A stretch of DNA of 64,000 bases from positions 13,903 through 77,902 of the forward strand of contig JBDRLU010000042.1 in the NCBI GenBank assembly GCA_043812795.1. The letters are read 5' to 3'. This document shows positions 9,258-19,832 of this stretch, piece after piece. Source of the DNA: Chloroflexota bacterium. GTDB taxonomy: Bacteria; Chloroflexota; Dehalococcoidia; Dehalococcoidales; UBA2162. The translations under genes and the position numbers were made by a program. The notes below the pieces were generated by a model. The model was not told the DNA's origin. It saw nothing but the letters and a program-made list of their open reading frames with translations, and did not search any database. Position 1 is the stretch's first letter. Every line of letters starts with the position of its first letter.

Positions 9258-10208
9258 ATGATGGTATTTGAGATTCCGAAAACACTTTATAGCGGCAAAA
9301 TCAAAGAAATAGCTTTGGGCAAAGGCGATAAGTCAATCACGGTTGGCGGCGAGACAGCCTACCCGTTTTATCAGTTCGAAGGCAAAATGCCACACGCACC
9401 CAGAATCGCCATGGAAGTCTGGGACTCTTCGACTGAAGACTGGCCGGAAGCCGCCATCGAACCCTTTGCTGATGTCATCAACGACCCGGTTGCCTGGGCG
9501 AAGAAATGCGTCAGTAACTACGGGGCCGAGATGGTCTGCCTGCAATTAATCAGCACTGACCCCAATGGGATGAACCGTAGCCCTGAGGAAGCGGCGGCCG
9601 TAGCGAAGAAGGTAGCTGACGCTATCGACGTCCCTTTGATTGTCTGGGGCGTAGCTAACGTCGATAAAGATACCGAAGTGCTCAGAACGGTCGCTGAGGC
9701 CTGTCAGGGGAAAAACCTGATTCTAGGACCGGTTGAGGAAGCCGGCCACAAGAAGATAGGTGCTTCCGCCATTGCCTACCATCACACCATTGCAGCTTCG
9801 ACTCCCATTGACATTAACCTGGCCAAGCAACTGAATATCTTGCTCGGTAACCTGGGTGTGCCGGAAGGCCAGCTCATTATCGACCCGACCGTCAGCGGCA
9901 TCGGTTACGGCATCGAGTACGCTTTCTCGGTGATGGAAAGAGTTAGAATGGCCGCCCTGACCCAGCAGGACGATAAACTGCAGTTCCCGATAATTTGTAA
10001 CGTCTCGAAAGAGGTGTGGAAAACAAGAGAAGTAAAAATCCCCACCGCCGAAGACCCCAAGCTCGGCGATGTTAAGAAGAGGGGTATCTTAATGGAGGCC
10101 ATGTCGGCTACCGTGCTGCTTATCGCCGGCGCCGACGTTCTCATTATGAGACACCCCGAAGCAATAAAATTAGTGCGTGAAGTGATAGCCGATTTAACCG
10201 CTTCATAA
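9258..10208 (+). CDS. acsD: corrinoid/Fe-S protein small subunit (AcsD/CdhD-like)
   Basis: 316 aa TIM-barrel-like CFeSP delta subunit sequence. RBS aaaggagg. Sits beside acsA, acsB and acsC. Confidence 0.85.
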   Translation: MMVFEIPKTLYSGKIKEIALGKGDKSITVGGETAYPFYQFEGKMPHAPRIAMEVWDSSTEDWPEAAIEPFADVINDPVAWAKKCVSNYGAEMVCLQLISTDPNGMNRSPEEAAAVAKKVADAIDVPLIVWGVANVDKDTEVLRTVAEACQGKNLILGPVEEAGHKKIGASAIAYHHTIAASTPIDINLAKQLNILLGNLGVPEGQLIIDPTVSGIGYGIEYAFSVMERVRMAALTQQDDKLQFPIICNVSKEVWKTREVKIPTAEDPKLGDVKKRGILMEAMSATVLLIAGADVLIMRHPEAIKLVREVIADLTAS

Positions 10209-10231
10209 TAACGCAGAATCAGGAGGAAAAT

Positions 10232-12190
10232 ATGGCAGAGAAAGAGATTAAGAGTATTGACCAGGCTGCTCTTGAAATGATTGAAAAGGCGCAGAAGGAG
10301 AACGTACGAACGGTCTTTGACCGGGCTGAACAAATGAAGCCTTGCCCGATTGGTAGCGAGGGCAGTTGCTGTAGTAACTGCGCCATGGGCCCTTGCCGGG
10401 TGCCGCTGGCCAGGAATAAAGAAGAGACACCAGAAGAACACGCCAAGCGAACGGGCGTCTGTGGCGCTACCGCAGAGACAATCGCCGCCCGCAACTTCGT
10501 GAGGAAGATTGCCGCCGGAGCGGCAGCACACAGTGACCATGGCCGCAAAGTTGTCGAGGCTTTCAAATTAATGGCCGAAGGCAAGGCCAAAGACTTTGAG
10601 ATTAAAGACGAGCAGAAACTAATCAAACTGGCTCTTGACCTCGGCGTGGAGATTGGTGAACGCAGCAATCAGGAAATCGCCCTGGACATCGCCAAGATTT
10701 GCGAAGCTGAGTTTGGCAAGCAGGAAGGCGAACTTCTCTTTGGCCGACTGGCCCCTTTGAAGAGACAGGAAATCTGGCGGAAGCAGGGTGTGTACCCTCG
10801 TGGCATTGACCGCGAAGTCGTTGAACTGATGCATCGCACCCATATGGGTGTGGACCAGGACTACAAGAGCCTGCTGAAACAGGGTACACGCTGCGCGCTG
10901 GCAGACGGCTGGGGCGGCAGCATGATTGCCACTGAACTGCAGGATTGTATGTTCGGCACACCGTCTCCGGTTCTCAGCGAGATTAACCTGGGTGTGCTGA
11001 AAGAGGATATGGTCAACATCATTATCCACGGCCACGAACCGGCACTGGCTGAGATGCTGGCGGTGGTAAGCCAGGAGCCTGAACTTATCAAATATGCCGA
11101 ATCTAAGGGGGCTAAGGGTATCAACTTGGCCGGCATGTGCTGCACGGCGAATGAAATCTTGATGCGCCACGGCGTTCCCATTGCCGGTAATTTCCTGCAG
11201 CAGGAGTTAGCCATCGTCACCGGGGCTCTCGAAGCGATGGTAGTCGACGTGCAGTGCATCATGCAGGGACTGGCCGACGTTGCCAGGTGTTTTCACACCA
11301 AGCTTATCACGACTGATGAGCGTGCTCACATCACGGGGTCTACTTTCATGCGCTTCGACGAGCAAAATGCCAGAGAATCGGCTAAGGCCATTGTCAAAGC
11401 AGCTATTGACAACTTCCCTAAACGCGGTAAAAACGTCCGTATTCCCCAGGTGAAGACAACGCTGGTAGCCGGCTTCTCTCATGAGACTATTAACTACCTG
11501 CTAGGAGGACTTTTCCGTGCTTCATATCGGCCACTGAACGATAATATCATTAATGGCCGTATTCGTGGCCTCGCCGGGGTGGTCGGCTGCAACAACGCTC
11601 GTACCATACATGACGGAGACCATATCGCCATGATTAAAGAACTTTTAAAGAACGATGTGCTGGTGCTCACCACCGGCTGCGGCGCCATGGCGGCAGCCAA
11701 GGCGGGTCTCATGGTACCAGAAGCGGCGAAAGAGTACTGTGGTGCTGGGCTGGCTGAGGTTTGCGAAACGGTAGGTATTCCGCCAGTACTACACATGGGT
11801 TCCTGTGTCGACAATGCCCGTATCCTGATTGCGGCGACAGCCGTGGTTAAGGACGGCGGCCTGGGCGACGATATCAGCGACCTTCCCGCCGCTGGTGCTG
11901 CCCCCGAGTGGATGAGCGAGAAGGCCATCTCTATCGGCCAGTACTTCGTCGGCTCTGGTGTTTACACCGTATTTGGCACTACTTGGCCAACCGGCGGCAG
12001 CAAGGAACTCACCAAATACCTGTTTGAAGAATTCGAAGAACAGTATGGCGGCAAGTGGGACTTTGAGCCTGACCCCATCAAGGCGGCTCAAAAGATGATC
12101 GCCCACATAGACAAGAAGCGCAAGGCTCTGGGTATTGACAAAGCCAGAGAAAGAGTGCTTTACGATATGGCCATGCGTCGGGAGCTATAA
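10232..12190 (+). CDS. acsA: anaerobic carbon-monoxide dehydrogenase catalytic subunit
   Basis: 652 aa with an N-terminal CPIGSEGSCCSNCAMGPCR cluster motif and CooS-like sequence throughout. Confidence 0.9.
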   Translation: MAEKEIKSIDQAALEMIEKAQKENVRTVFDRAEQMKPCPIGSEGSCCSNCAMGPCRVPLARNKEETPEEHAKRTGVCGATAETIAARNFVRKIAAGAAAHSDHGRKVVEAFKLMAEGKAKDFEIKDEQKLIKLALDLGVEIGERSNQEIALDIAKICEAEFGKQEGELLFGRLAPLKRQEIWRKQGVYPRGIDREVVELMHRTHMGVDQDYKSLLKQGTRCALADGWGGSMIATELQDCMFGTPSPVLSEINLGVLKEDMVNIIIHGHEPALAEMLAVVSQEPELIKYAESKGAKGINLAGMCCTANEILMRHGVPIAGNFLQQELAIVTGALEAMVVDVQCIMQGLADVARCFHTKLITTDERAHITGSTFMRFDEQNARESAKAIVKAAIDNFPKRGKNVRIPQVKTTLVAGFSHETINYLLGGLFRASYRPLNDNIINGRIRGLAGVVGCNNARTIHDGDHIAMIKELLKNDVLVLTTGCGAMAAAKAGLMVPEAAKEYCGAGLAEVCETVGIPPVLHMGSCVDNARILIAATAVVKDGGLGDDISDLPAAGAAPEWMSEKAISIGQYFVGSGVYTVFGTTWPTGGSKELTKYLFEEFEEQYGGKWDFEPDPIKAAQKMIAHIDKKRKALGIDKARERVLYDMAMRREL

Positions 12191-12228
12191 CGCCATGATA
12201 AGAATACAAAGGGAGGGCTCAACGAGAG

Positions 12229-14436
12229 ATGTCTAAAATCATAGCTTCAGCCGTAATCAGAGGAGCTCACAAGATTGTTGACCGGGCTGAAAAAACATGG
12301 CAGCAGGCCATGGAAAAGCACGGGGCCAACGAAGCCGTCGGTTTTCCGAACACAGCTTATTACCTGCCTATCATCTACGGCATCCTGGGCGCCAAAGTCG
12401 AAAAACTGGGTGATATGGAACCGGTCCTGAAGAAATGCCGGTCGCTGTTGCCACCGCCGGTGAAGGAGTTACACCCGCTACCCTATCTGGCCCCCGCCCT
12501 CGATGCCGGCATGGCCACGCTGTGGGCCGAGGAAATAATCGAGGCTATCCGGTACCTGGAACAGCCGGACTTCTACGTCAGAGGTGAAGACGTCACCGAA
12601 GACAATATCTGGCTCGGGGCTGCCGATGATATCATCCTCCGTAAGAGGGGCATCGAATTCGTCGATGGCACCGCTCCGGGCTTTGCCGCTGTCCTCGGCG
12701 CCGCTCCGACCAAAGAGATTGCCGCCCAAATCGCTCAGGAACTTCAGCAGAAAAACCTGTATGTTTTTATGGGTGCCGAATATAACGGCAAGAGGTTCGC
12801 CGAACAACTGGTGGAGGCCGGCGTGCAAATTGGCTGGCCGACTCGCCTCGTTTCCTTTGGCCCCGATGTCAGCGCTGTGGTTTTCGCCATGGGTTTCGCC
12901 ACGCGGGCAGCTATGTCCTTCGGCGGTATCGAACCCGGCGATTTCCGTAAAATCCTGATCTATAATAAAGACCGCGTTTTTGCTTTCGCTTTACCACTCG
13001 GCTTTGTCAGCGATGAATGGTACGCTAATGCCGCCGGGGCTATCAACTGGGGCTTCCCGGTTATTGCCGATACTCCGATTCCCGAGGTCTTACCCAGCGG
13101 CATCTGCACCTACGAACATGTTGTCTCCAATATCCCGCACGACAGCATTGTCGCCAAGGCCGTTGAGGTACGCGGTCTGAAAGTCTCTGTATCCGAGATA
13201 CCCATTCCTGTCGCTTATGGTGCCGCTTTCGAAGGTGAAAGAGTCAGAGGTGAAGATATTTTCCTCGAGTGCGGCGGTGGCCGGACTGCCATGGTGGAAT
13301 GGGTCACCAGCAAGCGGATGGATGAAGTTGAAGACGGTAAAGTGGAAGTCATCGGGCCGGAGGTAACTGACGTTAAAGCCGGCTCCAGACTACCGTTCGC
13401 TATCACGGTGGAAGTGGCCGGGCGCCAGATGCAGGAAGACTACGAGCCTATTCTGGAACGGCAGATTCACCACCTCATCAACTACGCCCAGGGCGTCATG
13501 CACATCGGCCAGAGAGATATCGCCTGGATACGTGTCGGCAAGCAGGCCGTCGAAAAAGGCTTCAAACTGGAGCACATCGGTGTCATCCTGCATGCCAAGC
13601 TGCACCAGGACTTCGGCCGAATCTTCGATAAAATGCAGGTCAAACTTTATACCAAAGAAGAAGACGTCGCCAAGATTGTCGAACAAGCGAGACAAGTTTA
13701 CCAGACGAGGGACGCCCGTATCGAAGGGATGACCGACGAGAGCGTCGAGACCTATTACTCCTGCACGTTGTGCCAGTCTTTCGCTCCAACCCACGTTTGC
13801 AGCATCAGTCCGGAGCGGACGGGGCTTTGCGGTTCCTACAACTGGATGGACTGCAAAGCTTCCTACGAGATTAACCCCACCGGGCCCAACCAACCGATAG
13901 AAAAAGGCGAGGTCCTCGACCCCAAACTCGGACGGTGGAAGGGAACCGACGAATTTGTCTTCAAGGCCTCGCGCGGCAAAATCGACCATTACTACTTCTA
14001 CAGCATTGTTAATGACCCGATGACCACCTGCGGCTGCTGCGAGTGTATTGCCGCCGTCCTGCCGACGTGCAACGGCGTCATGACGGTCAACCGGGAATAC
14101 ACCGGTGAGACCCCCTGCGGCATGAAATTCACCACTCTCGCCGGGACTATCGGCGGTGGTCTGAGCACCCCCGGTTTTGTCGGTCACGGCAAATACAATC
14201 TCACCCAGAGGAAGTGGATTCTGGGTGATGGCGGTCTGTTACGGCTGGTCTGGATGCCCAAGATGCTCAAGGAAGAACTCCGTGAGCGACTTCTGGCCAG
14301 GGGTAAAGAACTGGGCGTGCCTGACCTTATCGATAAAATCGCCGATGAAACCGTCGGTACTACCGAGGAAGCGATTCTCCCCTTCCTGACCGAAAAAGGA
14401 CATCCCGCCCTCGGTATGGACCCAATTCTAGGCTAA
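12229..14436 (+). CDS. acsB: acetyl-CoA synthase (CODH/ACS alpha subunit, AcsB)
   Basis: 735 aa. Cys-Gly-Cys A-cluster motif (TTCGCCECI) and a typical AcsB N-terminus. Confidence 0.9.
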   Translation: MSKIIASAVIRGAHKIVDRAEKTWQQAMEKHGANEAVGFPNTAYYLPIIYGILGAKVEKLGDMEPVLKKCRSLLPPPVKELHPLPYLAPALDAGMATLWAEEIIEAIRYLEQPDFYVRGEDVTEDNIWLGAADDIILRKRGIEFVDGTAPGFAAVLGAAPTKEIAAQIAQELQQKNLYVFMGAEYNGKRFAEQLVEAGVQIGWPTRLVSFGPDVSAVVFAMGFATRAAMSFGGIEPGDFRKILIYNKDRVFAFALPLGFVSDEWYANAAGAINWGFPVIADTPIPEVLPSGICTYEHVVSNIPHDSIVAKAVEVRGLKVSVSEIPIPVAYGAAFEGERVRGEDIFLECGGGRTAMVEWVTSKRMDEVEDGKVEVIGPEVTDVKAGSRLPFAITVEVAGRQMQEDYEPILERQIHHLINYAQGVMHIGQRDIAWIRVGKQAVEKGFKLEHIGVILHAKLHQDFGRIFDKMQVKLYTKEEDVAKIVEQARQVYQTRDARIEGMTDESVETYYSCTLCQSFAPTHVCSISPERTGLCGSYNWMDCKASYEINPTGPNQPIEKGEVLDPKLGRWKGTDEFVFKASRGKIDHYYFYSIVNDPMTTCGCCECIAAVLPTCNGVMTVNREYTGETPCGMKFTTLAGTIGGGLSTPGFVGHGKYNLTQRKWILGDGGLLRLVWMPKMLKEELRERLLARGKELGVPDLIDKIADETVGTTEEAILPFLTEKGHPALGMDPILG

Positions 14437-14451
14437 AGAAGGAGTAACGAA

Positions 14452-15798
14452 ATGCCACTTACGGGAATACAGATTTTTAAGTTACTACCCAAGACCAACT
14501 GCGGTCAGTGCGGCGTACCGACCTGCCTCGCTTTCGCCATGAACCTGGCCGCAGGGAAAGCGGAACTGACCGCCTGCCCCCATGTCTCCGAGGAAGCCAA
14601 AGCCCAGTTACAGGAAGCTTCCGCCCCACCCATCCGGCCGATAACCATCGGCGCCAATGGCCGGACAGCAAAAGTAGGCGGCGAGACCGTCATGTTCCGT
14701 CACGAAAAAAGGTTCGAGAACCCGACCGGGATTGCCATGCTGATTAAGGACACGATGGATGCCGCTGAAGTGGACGCCCGCCTGGAAAAGTGTAAAACGC
14801 TCCAGTACGAACGGGTAGGCCTCACCCTGCGTCCGGAATTGGTAGCTGTCAAAGACGAAGCGGGGGATGCCAGCAAATTTGCCGCTTTGGTCGATAAGGT
14901 CAAACAAAATAGTGACTGCGGCATCATTCTGATGAGTAGTAATCCCGATATCCTGGCAGCAGGCGTGAAAGCCTGCGCCGACCGCAAACCACTGATATAT
15001 GCCGCAACCAAGGATAATCTGGACAAAGTGGCGGCGCTGGGCAAAGAGAGCAACTGTCCGGTAGCGGTCAAAGCCGCCAGCGTGGCCGAAGCCGCCGAGC
15101 TAACCGGCAAATTGGAGCAGGCCGGGGTCAAAGATATTGTCATTGATTCCGGGGCCAGAACGCTCCGCCAGGCTTTCGAAGACCAGGTTGTTATCCGGTC
15201 CTCGGCTTTAAACAAGAAGTTCCGCCCGCTCGGCTTTCCTACCATCGTTCTCCCCTGTGAGATGACCGATAACCCGTTGAAAGAAGCGGTAATGGCGGCG
15301 GCATTCGTAGCTAAATATGCCGGCATCCTCGTGCTCTCTGATTTTCAGGGCGAGAGTCTGTTCCCGCTGCTGGTGGAAAGGCTGAATATCTTCACTGACC
15401 CGCAGCGGCCGCTGGCTACCACCGCCGGGGTCTATCCCATCGGTACTCCCAACGAGAACTCACCGGTACTCCTGACCAGCAACTTCTCGCTGACCTACTT
15501 CCTGGTTTCAGGCTATATCGAGACCAGTAAAGTCTCTACCTACCTTCTCGTTATGGACACCGAGGGGCTTTCCGTCATGACCGCCTGGGCGGCGGGAAAG
15601 TTTGTTGCTGACGCTATCGCCCCCTTTGTTAAAAAATCTGAGGTTTGGGAAAAGGTCAAGCACAAGAAACTGGTCATTCCGGGATACGCCGCGGCCGAAA
15701 GCGGTGGCCTGGAAGAAGAGCTTGCCGGCTGGGAGATTTTGATTGGTCCCCGGGACGGCGCTCATATTCCGGCTTATCTCAAAACATGGAAAGCATAG
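14452..15798 (+). CDS. acsC: corrinoid/Fe-S protein large subunit (AcsC)
   Basis: 448 aa with the N-terminal 4Fe-4S motif KTNCGQCGVPTCLAFAM. Confidence 0.9.
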   Translation: MPLTGIQIFKLLPKTNCGQCGVPTCLAFAMNLAAGKAELTACPHVSEEAKAQLQEASAPPIRPITIGANGRTAKVGGETVMFRHEKRFENPTGIAMLIKDTMDAAEVDARLEKCKTLQYERVGLTLRPELVAVKDEAGDASKFAALVDKVKQNSDCGIILMSSNPDILAAGVKACADRKPLIYAATKDNLDKVAALGKESNCPVAVKAASVAEAAELTGKLEQAGVKDIVIDSGARTLRQAFEDQVVIRSSALNKKFRPLGFPTIVLPCEMTDNPLKEAVMAAAFVAKYAGILVLSDFQGESLFPLLVERLNIFTDPQRPLATTAGVYPIGTPNENSPVLLTSNFSLTYFLVSGYIETSKVSTYLLVMDTEGLSVMTAWAAGKFVADAIAPFVKKSEVWEKVKHKKLVIPGYAAAESGGLEEELAGWEILIGPRDGAHIPAYLKTWKA

Positions 15799-15808
15799 GG
15801 AGGAAAAG

Positions 15809-16687
15809 ATGATCCTTATCGGAGAAAGCATCAACATAATGTCCAAGACCATCGGCCCGGCAATGCGCGAGAGAAACGCCCAGCCGATTCAGGATATGGC
15901 TAAAGCCGAGACTGATGCCGGGATGGACTACCTCGATATCAATATCGGCCCGGCCCGGAAGGCCGGTGATGAATTGATGAAATGGATGGTCGAGACCGTG
16001 CAGCAGGTGACCAACTTGCCTTTGTCCCTCGATACCACCAATCCGGTCGCTATGGAAGCTGGTCTGCAGGTTCATAAGGGCAAAGCCCTCATGAACTCGA
16101 TTTCTTTACAGCCGGCCCGGATTGAAGCAGAATTGCCCATGGCCAAGAAATACAACGCCAACATGATTGGTCTGCTATGGGGCGTCGAAGGAATGCCGCG
16201 TGATGCCAACGAGCGGGCGGCCCTAGCCGTTGACCTCATTTACAAAGCGTCTGAAACAACTATCCCTAATGAAGATATCTGGATTGACCCCATCGCCAGC
16301 CCGATATCGGTCGAAATCAACCAGGTGAAATCATGCGTCGAGTTTATGAGTATGCTGGGTGAAATTGCTCCCGGCTGCAAATCGACCGTCGGTCTGTCCA
16401 ATATCTCCAACGGCACACCCGCTGAACTACGGCCCATCCTTAATCGGACTTACCTGATAATGCTGATGAAGTACGGCCTTTATTCCGCCATTGTTGACCC
16501 GCTGGACACCGAACTGGCGAAAATAGCCAAAGGGCAAATGCCCGAAATCGTTGACCTGGTATACCGCATGATGGATGGCGACAAACCCAACATTGCTACG
16601 CTCAGCAAAAAGGAAGCGGAATATGCGAAAACAGTCCGTGTCCTTACCGGAGAGACGCTCTATTCCCATTCCTGGCTTGAGATATAG
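15809..16687 (+). CDS. acsE: methyl-THF:corrinoid/Fe-S protein methyltransferase (AcsE)
   Basis: Pterin-binding domain sequence (MILIGESINIMSK..., LDINIGPA). Start moved to ATG 15809, which follows gggaggaaaag. Confidence 0.85.
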   Translation: MILIGESINIMSKTIGPAMRERNAQPIQDMAKAETDAGMDYLDINIGPARKAGDELMKWMVETVQQVTNLPLSLDTTNPVAMEAGLQVHKGKALMNSISLQPARIEAELPMAKKYNANMIGLLWGVEGMPRDANERAALAVDLIYKASETTIPNEDIWIDPIASPISVEINQVKSCVEFMSMLGEIAPGCKSTVGLSNISNGTPAELRPILNRTYLIMLMKYGLYSAIVDPLDTELAKIAKGQMPEIVDLVYRMMDGDKPNIATLSKKEAEYAKTVRVLTGETLYSHSWLEI

Positions 16688-16712
16688 AAGTTTTTGATAA
16701 AGGAGAGATGAG

Positions 16713-17609
16713 TTGACAGTTAAAGAGCTCCCTGTTGTCTGGTTGCAGACAGCCTGCTGTACCGGTTGCTCCGTTTCCCTCCTCAATTCAGCCAGCCCGA
16801 CCATTAAGAACATCCTTATTGACCAGATAATTCCCGGCGTCCACATCAATCTGCGTTTCCATGCCACGATAATGGCTGGCTCCGGCGAACCGGTGCTCCA
16901 GGTTCTTGAAGACACCGCCAAGAACAAGAGTGGGGAATACGTCCTTTGTGTTGAAGGCGCTATTCCGACCGCCACTGATGCCAGTTACGGAGTCCTGGGT
17001 GAGCGGGGTGGCAAGCCCGTGGGGATGCGGGAGAGGGTAGAGGAGCTTGCCCGGCAGGCGCTGGCCGTACTGGCCGTCGGCACTTGCGCTTCTTTCGGTG
17101 GTATCCCGGCCGCCGCCCCCAATCCCACCGGCTGCAAACCGGTACGCCAGATACTTGCTGAGAAAGGTATCAACAAACCCTTAATCAATCTTCCCGGCTG
17201 CCCACCCCATCCCGATTGGTTCGTGGGAACGGTGGCCAGTATCTTACTCAAAGGATTACCTCAAGCTTCCAAATTAGATGACAATTTGAGGCCCCTTGCC
17301 TTCTATGGAAAACTGATTCATGAGAACTGTCCCCGCCGCGCCTATTTCGATGAAGGTAAATTCGCCAAAAAGCCGGGCGAAGAAGGGTGCCTTTACGAAC
17401 TGGGCTGCAAAGGGCCGATTACTTACGCCGACTGCCCGCTGCGACGGTGGAACGGCGGGACGAACTGGGTTATCGGTGCCGGTGCACCCTGTAACGGTTG
17501 CACTCAGCCTGAATTCCCCGATGGGACGTCCCCCTTCTATCAGAAACTGGCCGAAATCACCGCACCCACTGTCGGCGCCTACTGGCAGGCGAGTAAGGAG
17601 ACGAAGTAG
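16713..17609 (+). CDS. [NiFe]-hydrogenase small subunit, no Tat signal
   Basis: 298 aa. VVWLQTACCTGCSVSLLN proximal-cluster motif and a C-terminal GCKGP...CNGCTQPEFPD motif. No RRxF leader. TTG start after aaaggagag. Confidence 0.85.
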   Translation: MTVKELPVVWLQTACCTGCSVSLLNSASPTIKNILIDQIIPGVHINLRFHATIMAGSGEPVLQVLEDTAKNKSGEYVLCVEGAIPTATDASYGVLGERGGKPVGMRERVEELARQALAVLAVGTCASFGGIPAAAPNPTGCKPVRQILAEKGINKPLINLPGCPPHPDWFVGTVASILLKGLPQASKLDDNLRPLAFYGKLIHENCPRRAYFDEGKFAKKPGEEGCLYELGCKGPITYADCPLRRWNGGTNWVIGAGAPCNGCTQPEFPDGTSPFYQKLAEITAPTVGAYWQASKETK

Positions 17610-19123
17610 TGAGCAAAATAATTGTTGACCCGGTAACGAGAATTGAAGGTCATCTCAAAATCGAGACGGTCGTGGAAGGCGGGGAAGTTAAGGACGCGCA
17701 GAGCACGGGCAATCTTTTCCGTGGGCTGGAACTTATCCTCAGAGGTCGAGACCCGCGGGACGCCCAGATAATAACCCAGCGCATTTGCGGCGTTTGTCCC
17801 CAATCTCACGGCATCGCTGCCTCGCTTAACCTCGATAGTGCTTTCGGTATCAGCGATAAGATACCGGACAACGCTCGCATCATACGTAACCTCATCCAGG
17901 GGTCCCACGTGGCCCAGGACCACGTCCTCCATTTCTACCACCTGGCCGCTCTCGATTACGTTGATGTTACCGATGTGGCCAAATATGAGGGCAATAGTTC
18001 CGATTTGAATTCGGTCAAAGATTTTATTATGCGCGGCGAACTGGGACCGTTCGTACCACGTTACGAAGGTGACTACCGCCTGCCACCCAAGGTCAATCAG
18101 GAAGCGAGCGCTCATTATTTACAGGCCCTCGAAATTAGGCGCATGGGGCACGAAATGGTCAGTATTTTCAGCGGCAAAATTCCCCACAGCGTGGGCGTGA
18201 TACCCGGTGGCGTCACCACCGATATTACGGTTGATAAGATAGCCGCCTTCTTATGGAAACTCAGAAAATTGCAGGACTTCATCAATAATGTCTATATTCC
18301 CGATGTCTTAGCCGTAGCCGGTGCTTACCCCGATTATTGCGAAATCGGTGCCGGTTGTAAGAATTACCTCTCTTACGGTGCTTATGACTTGAACGGTACC
18401 GACCCGGACTATACCAAACGCAAACGGCTTTTTAGCCAGGGTGTTGTCTCCGCCGACCTGAAAGCTCAGCCGCTGGACATCAACAAGATAAACGAGCATG
18501 TTAAGCATTCCTGGTACGAGGACTCTTCCTCGGGTCGTCATCCTTCGCATGGTGACACCAGGCCTGAATATGGTAAAGCCGGTGCTTATTCGTGGGTCAA
18601 GGCGCCGCGCTACGATGGCAAGGTCTGTGAAGTCGGCCCGCTGTCCAGAGTGCTGGCGACCTATGCCAGCGGTGACCCTGAAATGAAAAAAATGGTCGAT
18701 TCGTCCCTCGCTCAGCTCAAGGCACCGCCTTCGGCGCTCTTTTCCGTAATGGGCCGCCACCTGGCGCGCGCCCTGTCCGCCAAATTTATCGCCGATAACC
18801 TGGATAAATGGCTGCTGGAGTTGAAGCCGGGAGAACCTACCTTTGTTGACTATACCATCCCGGAAGAGGCAACGGGCTTTGGCCTGACCGATGCTGCCCG
18901 CGGCGCTCTCGGCCACTGGATTGAGATAAAAGATAAGAAGATTGCCAACTACCAGTGCGTGGTCCCGACCACCTGGAATGCTTCGCCCCGGGACGATAAC
19001 GGCAACCCCGGCCCGATAGAACAGGCCATCATCGGCACCAAAATAAAGGACAAGGATAACCCGTTTGAAATTGTACGCATCGTCCGTTCTTTTGACCCCT
19101 GTCTCGCCTGCGCAATCCATTAG
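17609..19123 (+). CDS. [NiFe]-hydrogenase large subunit ending at the conserved His (no C-terminal extension)
   Basis: 504 aa with PVTRIEGH and RICGVCPQSH. The C-terminus is DPCLACAIH followed directly by TAG. The GTG start overlaps the small-subunit stop. Confidence 0.9.
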   Translation: MSKIIVDPVTRIEGHLKIETVVEGGEVKDAQSTGNLFRGLELILRGRDPRDAQIITQRICGVCPQSHGIAASLNLDSAFGISDKIPDNARIIRNLIQGSHVAQDHVLHFYHLAALDYVDVTDVAKYEGNSSDLNSVKDFIMRGELGPFVPRYEGDYRLPPKVNQEASAHYLQALEIRRMGHEMVSIFSGKIPHSVGVIPGGVTTDITVDKIAAFLWKLRKLQDFINNVYIPDVLAVAGAYPDYCEIGAGCKNYLSYGAYDLNGTDPDYTKRKRLFSQGVVSADLKAQPLDINKINEHVKHSWYEDSSSGRHPSHGDTRPEYGKAGAYSWVKAPRYDGKVCEVGPLSRVLATYASGDPEMKKMVDSSLAQLKAPPSALFSVMGRHLARALSAKFIADNLDKWLLELKPGEPTFVDYTIPEEATGFGLTDAARGALGHWIEIKDKKIANYQCVVPTTWNASPRDDNGNPGPIEQAIIGTKIKDKDNPFEIVRIVRSFDPCLACAIH

Positions 19124-19151
19124 TTTCCGGGATAAGAGTTAAGGAGGGAAA

Positions 19152-19817
19152 ATGATACTTTCAAGACAGAAACCCTGGGAGGAAATTCTGGGCTATTTAG
19201 ACGGTCAGAATAACATCTTCATCGTCGGCTGCAATGGCTGTGCTCAGGCTTCGGGCACGGGCGGACCGGTACAGGTCGCCGAAATGAAAACCAAACTGGA
19301 AGAAGCTGGCAAAAAAGTCACCGGCAGTACGGTAGTCGATTTCCTCTGCCAGAAAGCACTGGTAGCGTCAAAATTAAGCCCCAGAAGCGAACAAATCGGG
19401 GCCGCCGATTCGCTACTGGTAATGACCTGCGGTATTGGCGTGCAGGCTACCGCAGCTGTTGTCACTAAAGTCTGCCATCCCGCTTGCGATACATTAAGCC
19501 TGGGCGGCAGCCGGGGCGAATGGCAGGGCAGCGAAAGATGCTTGGAATGCGGCGAATGCTTGCTGGAATATACCGGAGGAATATGCCCGCTGACCGCCTG
19601 CACCAAAAGCCTGATTAACGGCCAGTGCGGCGGGGCCAAGGACGGGAAATGTGAACTTGACCCCGGTAAAGATTGCGGCTGGGAACTGATTTATAACCGG
19701 CTCAAAAGATTAAACCAGCTCGACAAGCTAAGCCAACTGGTCACACCCAAGAACTACGCCAAGATGATGCCCGAGGTCAAGACGATGGCTACCTCGATGT
19801 GGGCACTGGAAAGATAA
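19152..19817 (+). CDS. metV: MetV (methylene-THF reductase accessory Cys-rich subunit)
   Basis: 221 aa and Cys-rich (CLECGECLL, CPLTACTKSLINGQCGG). Immediately upstream of metF. Confidence 0.8.
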   Translation: MILSRQKPWEEILGYLDGQNNIFIVGCNGCAQASGTGGPVQVAEMKTKLEEAGKKVTGSTVVDFLCQKALVASKLSPRSEQIGAADSLLVMTCGIGVQATAAVVTKVCHPACDTLSLGGSRGEWQGSERCLECGECLLEYTGGICPLTACTKSLINGQCGGAKDGKCELDPGKDCGWELIYNRLKRLNQLDKLSQLVTPKNYAKMMPEVKTMATSMWALER

Positions 19818-19832
19818 AAGGAGATAGTGCAA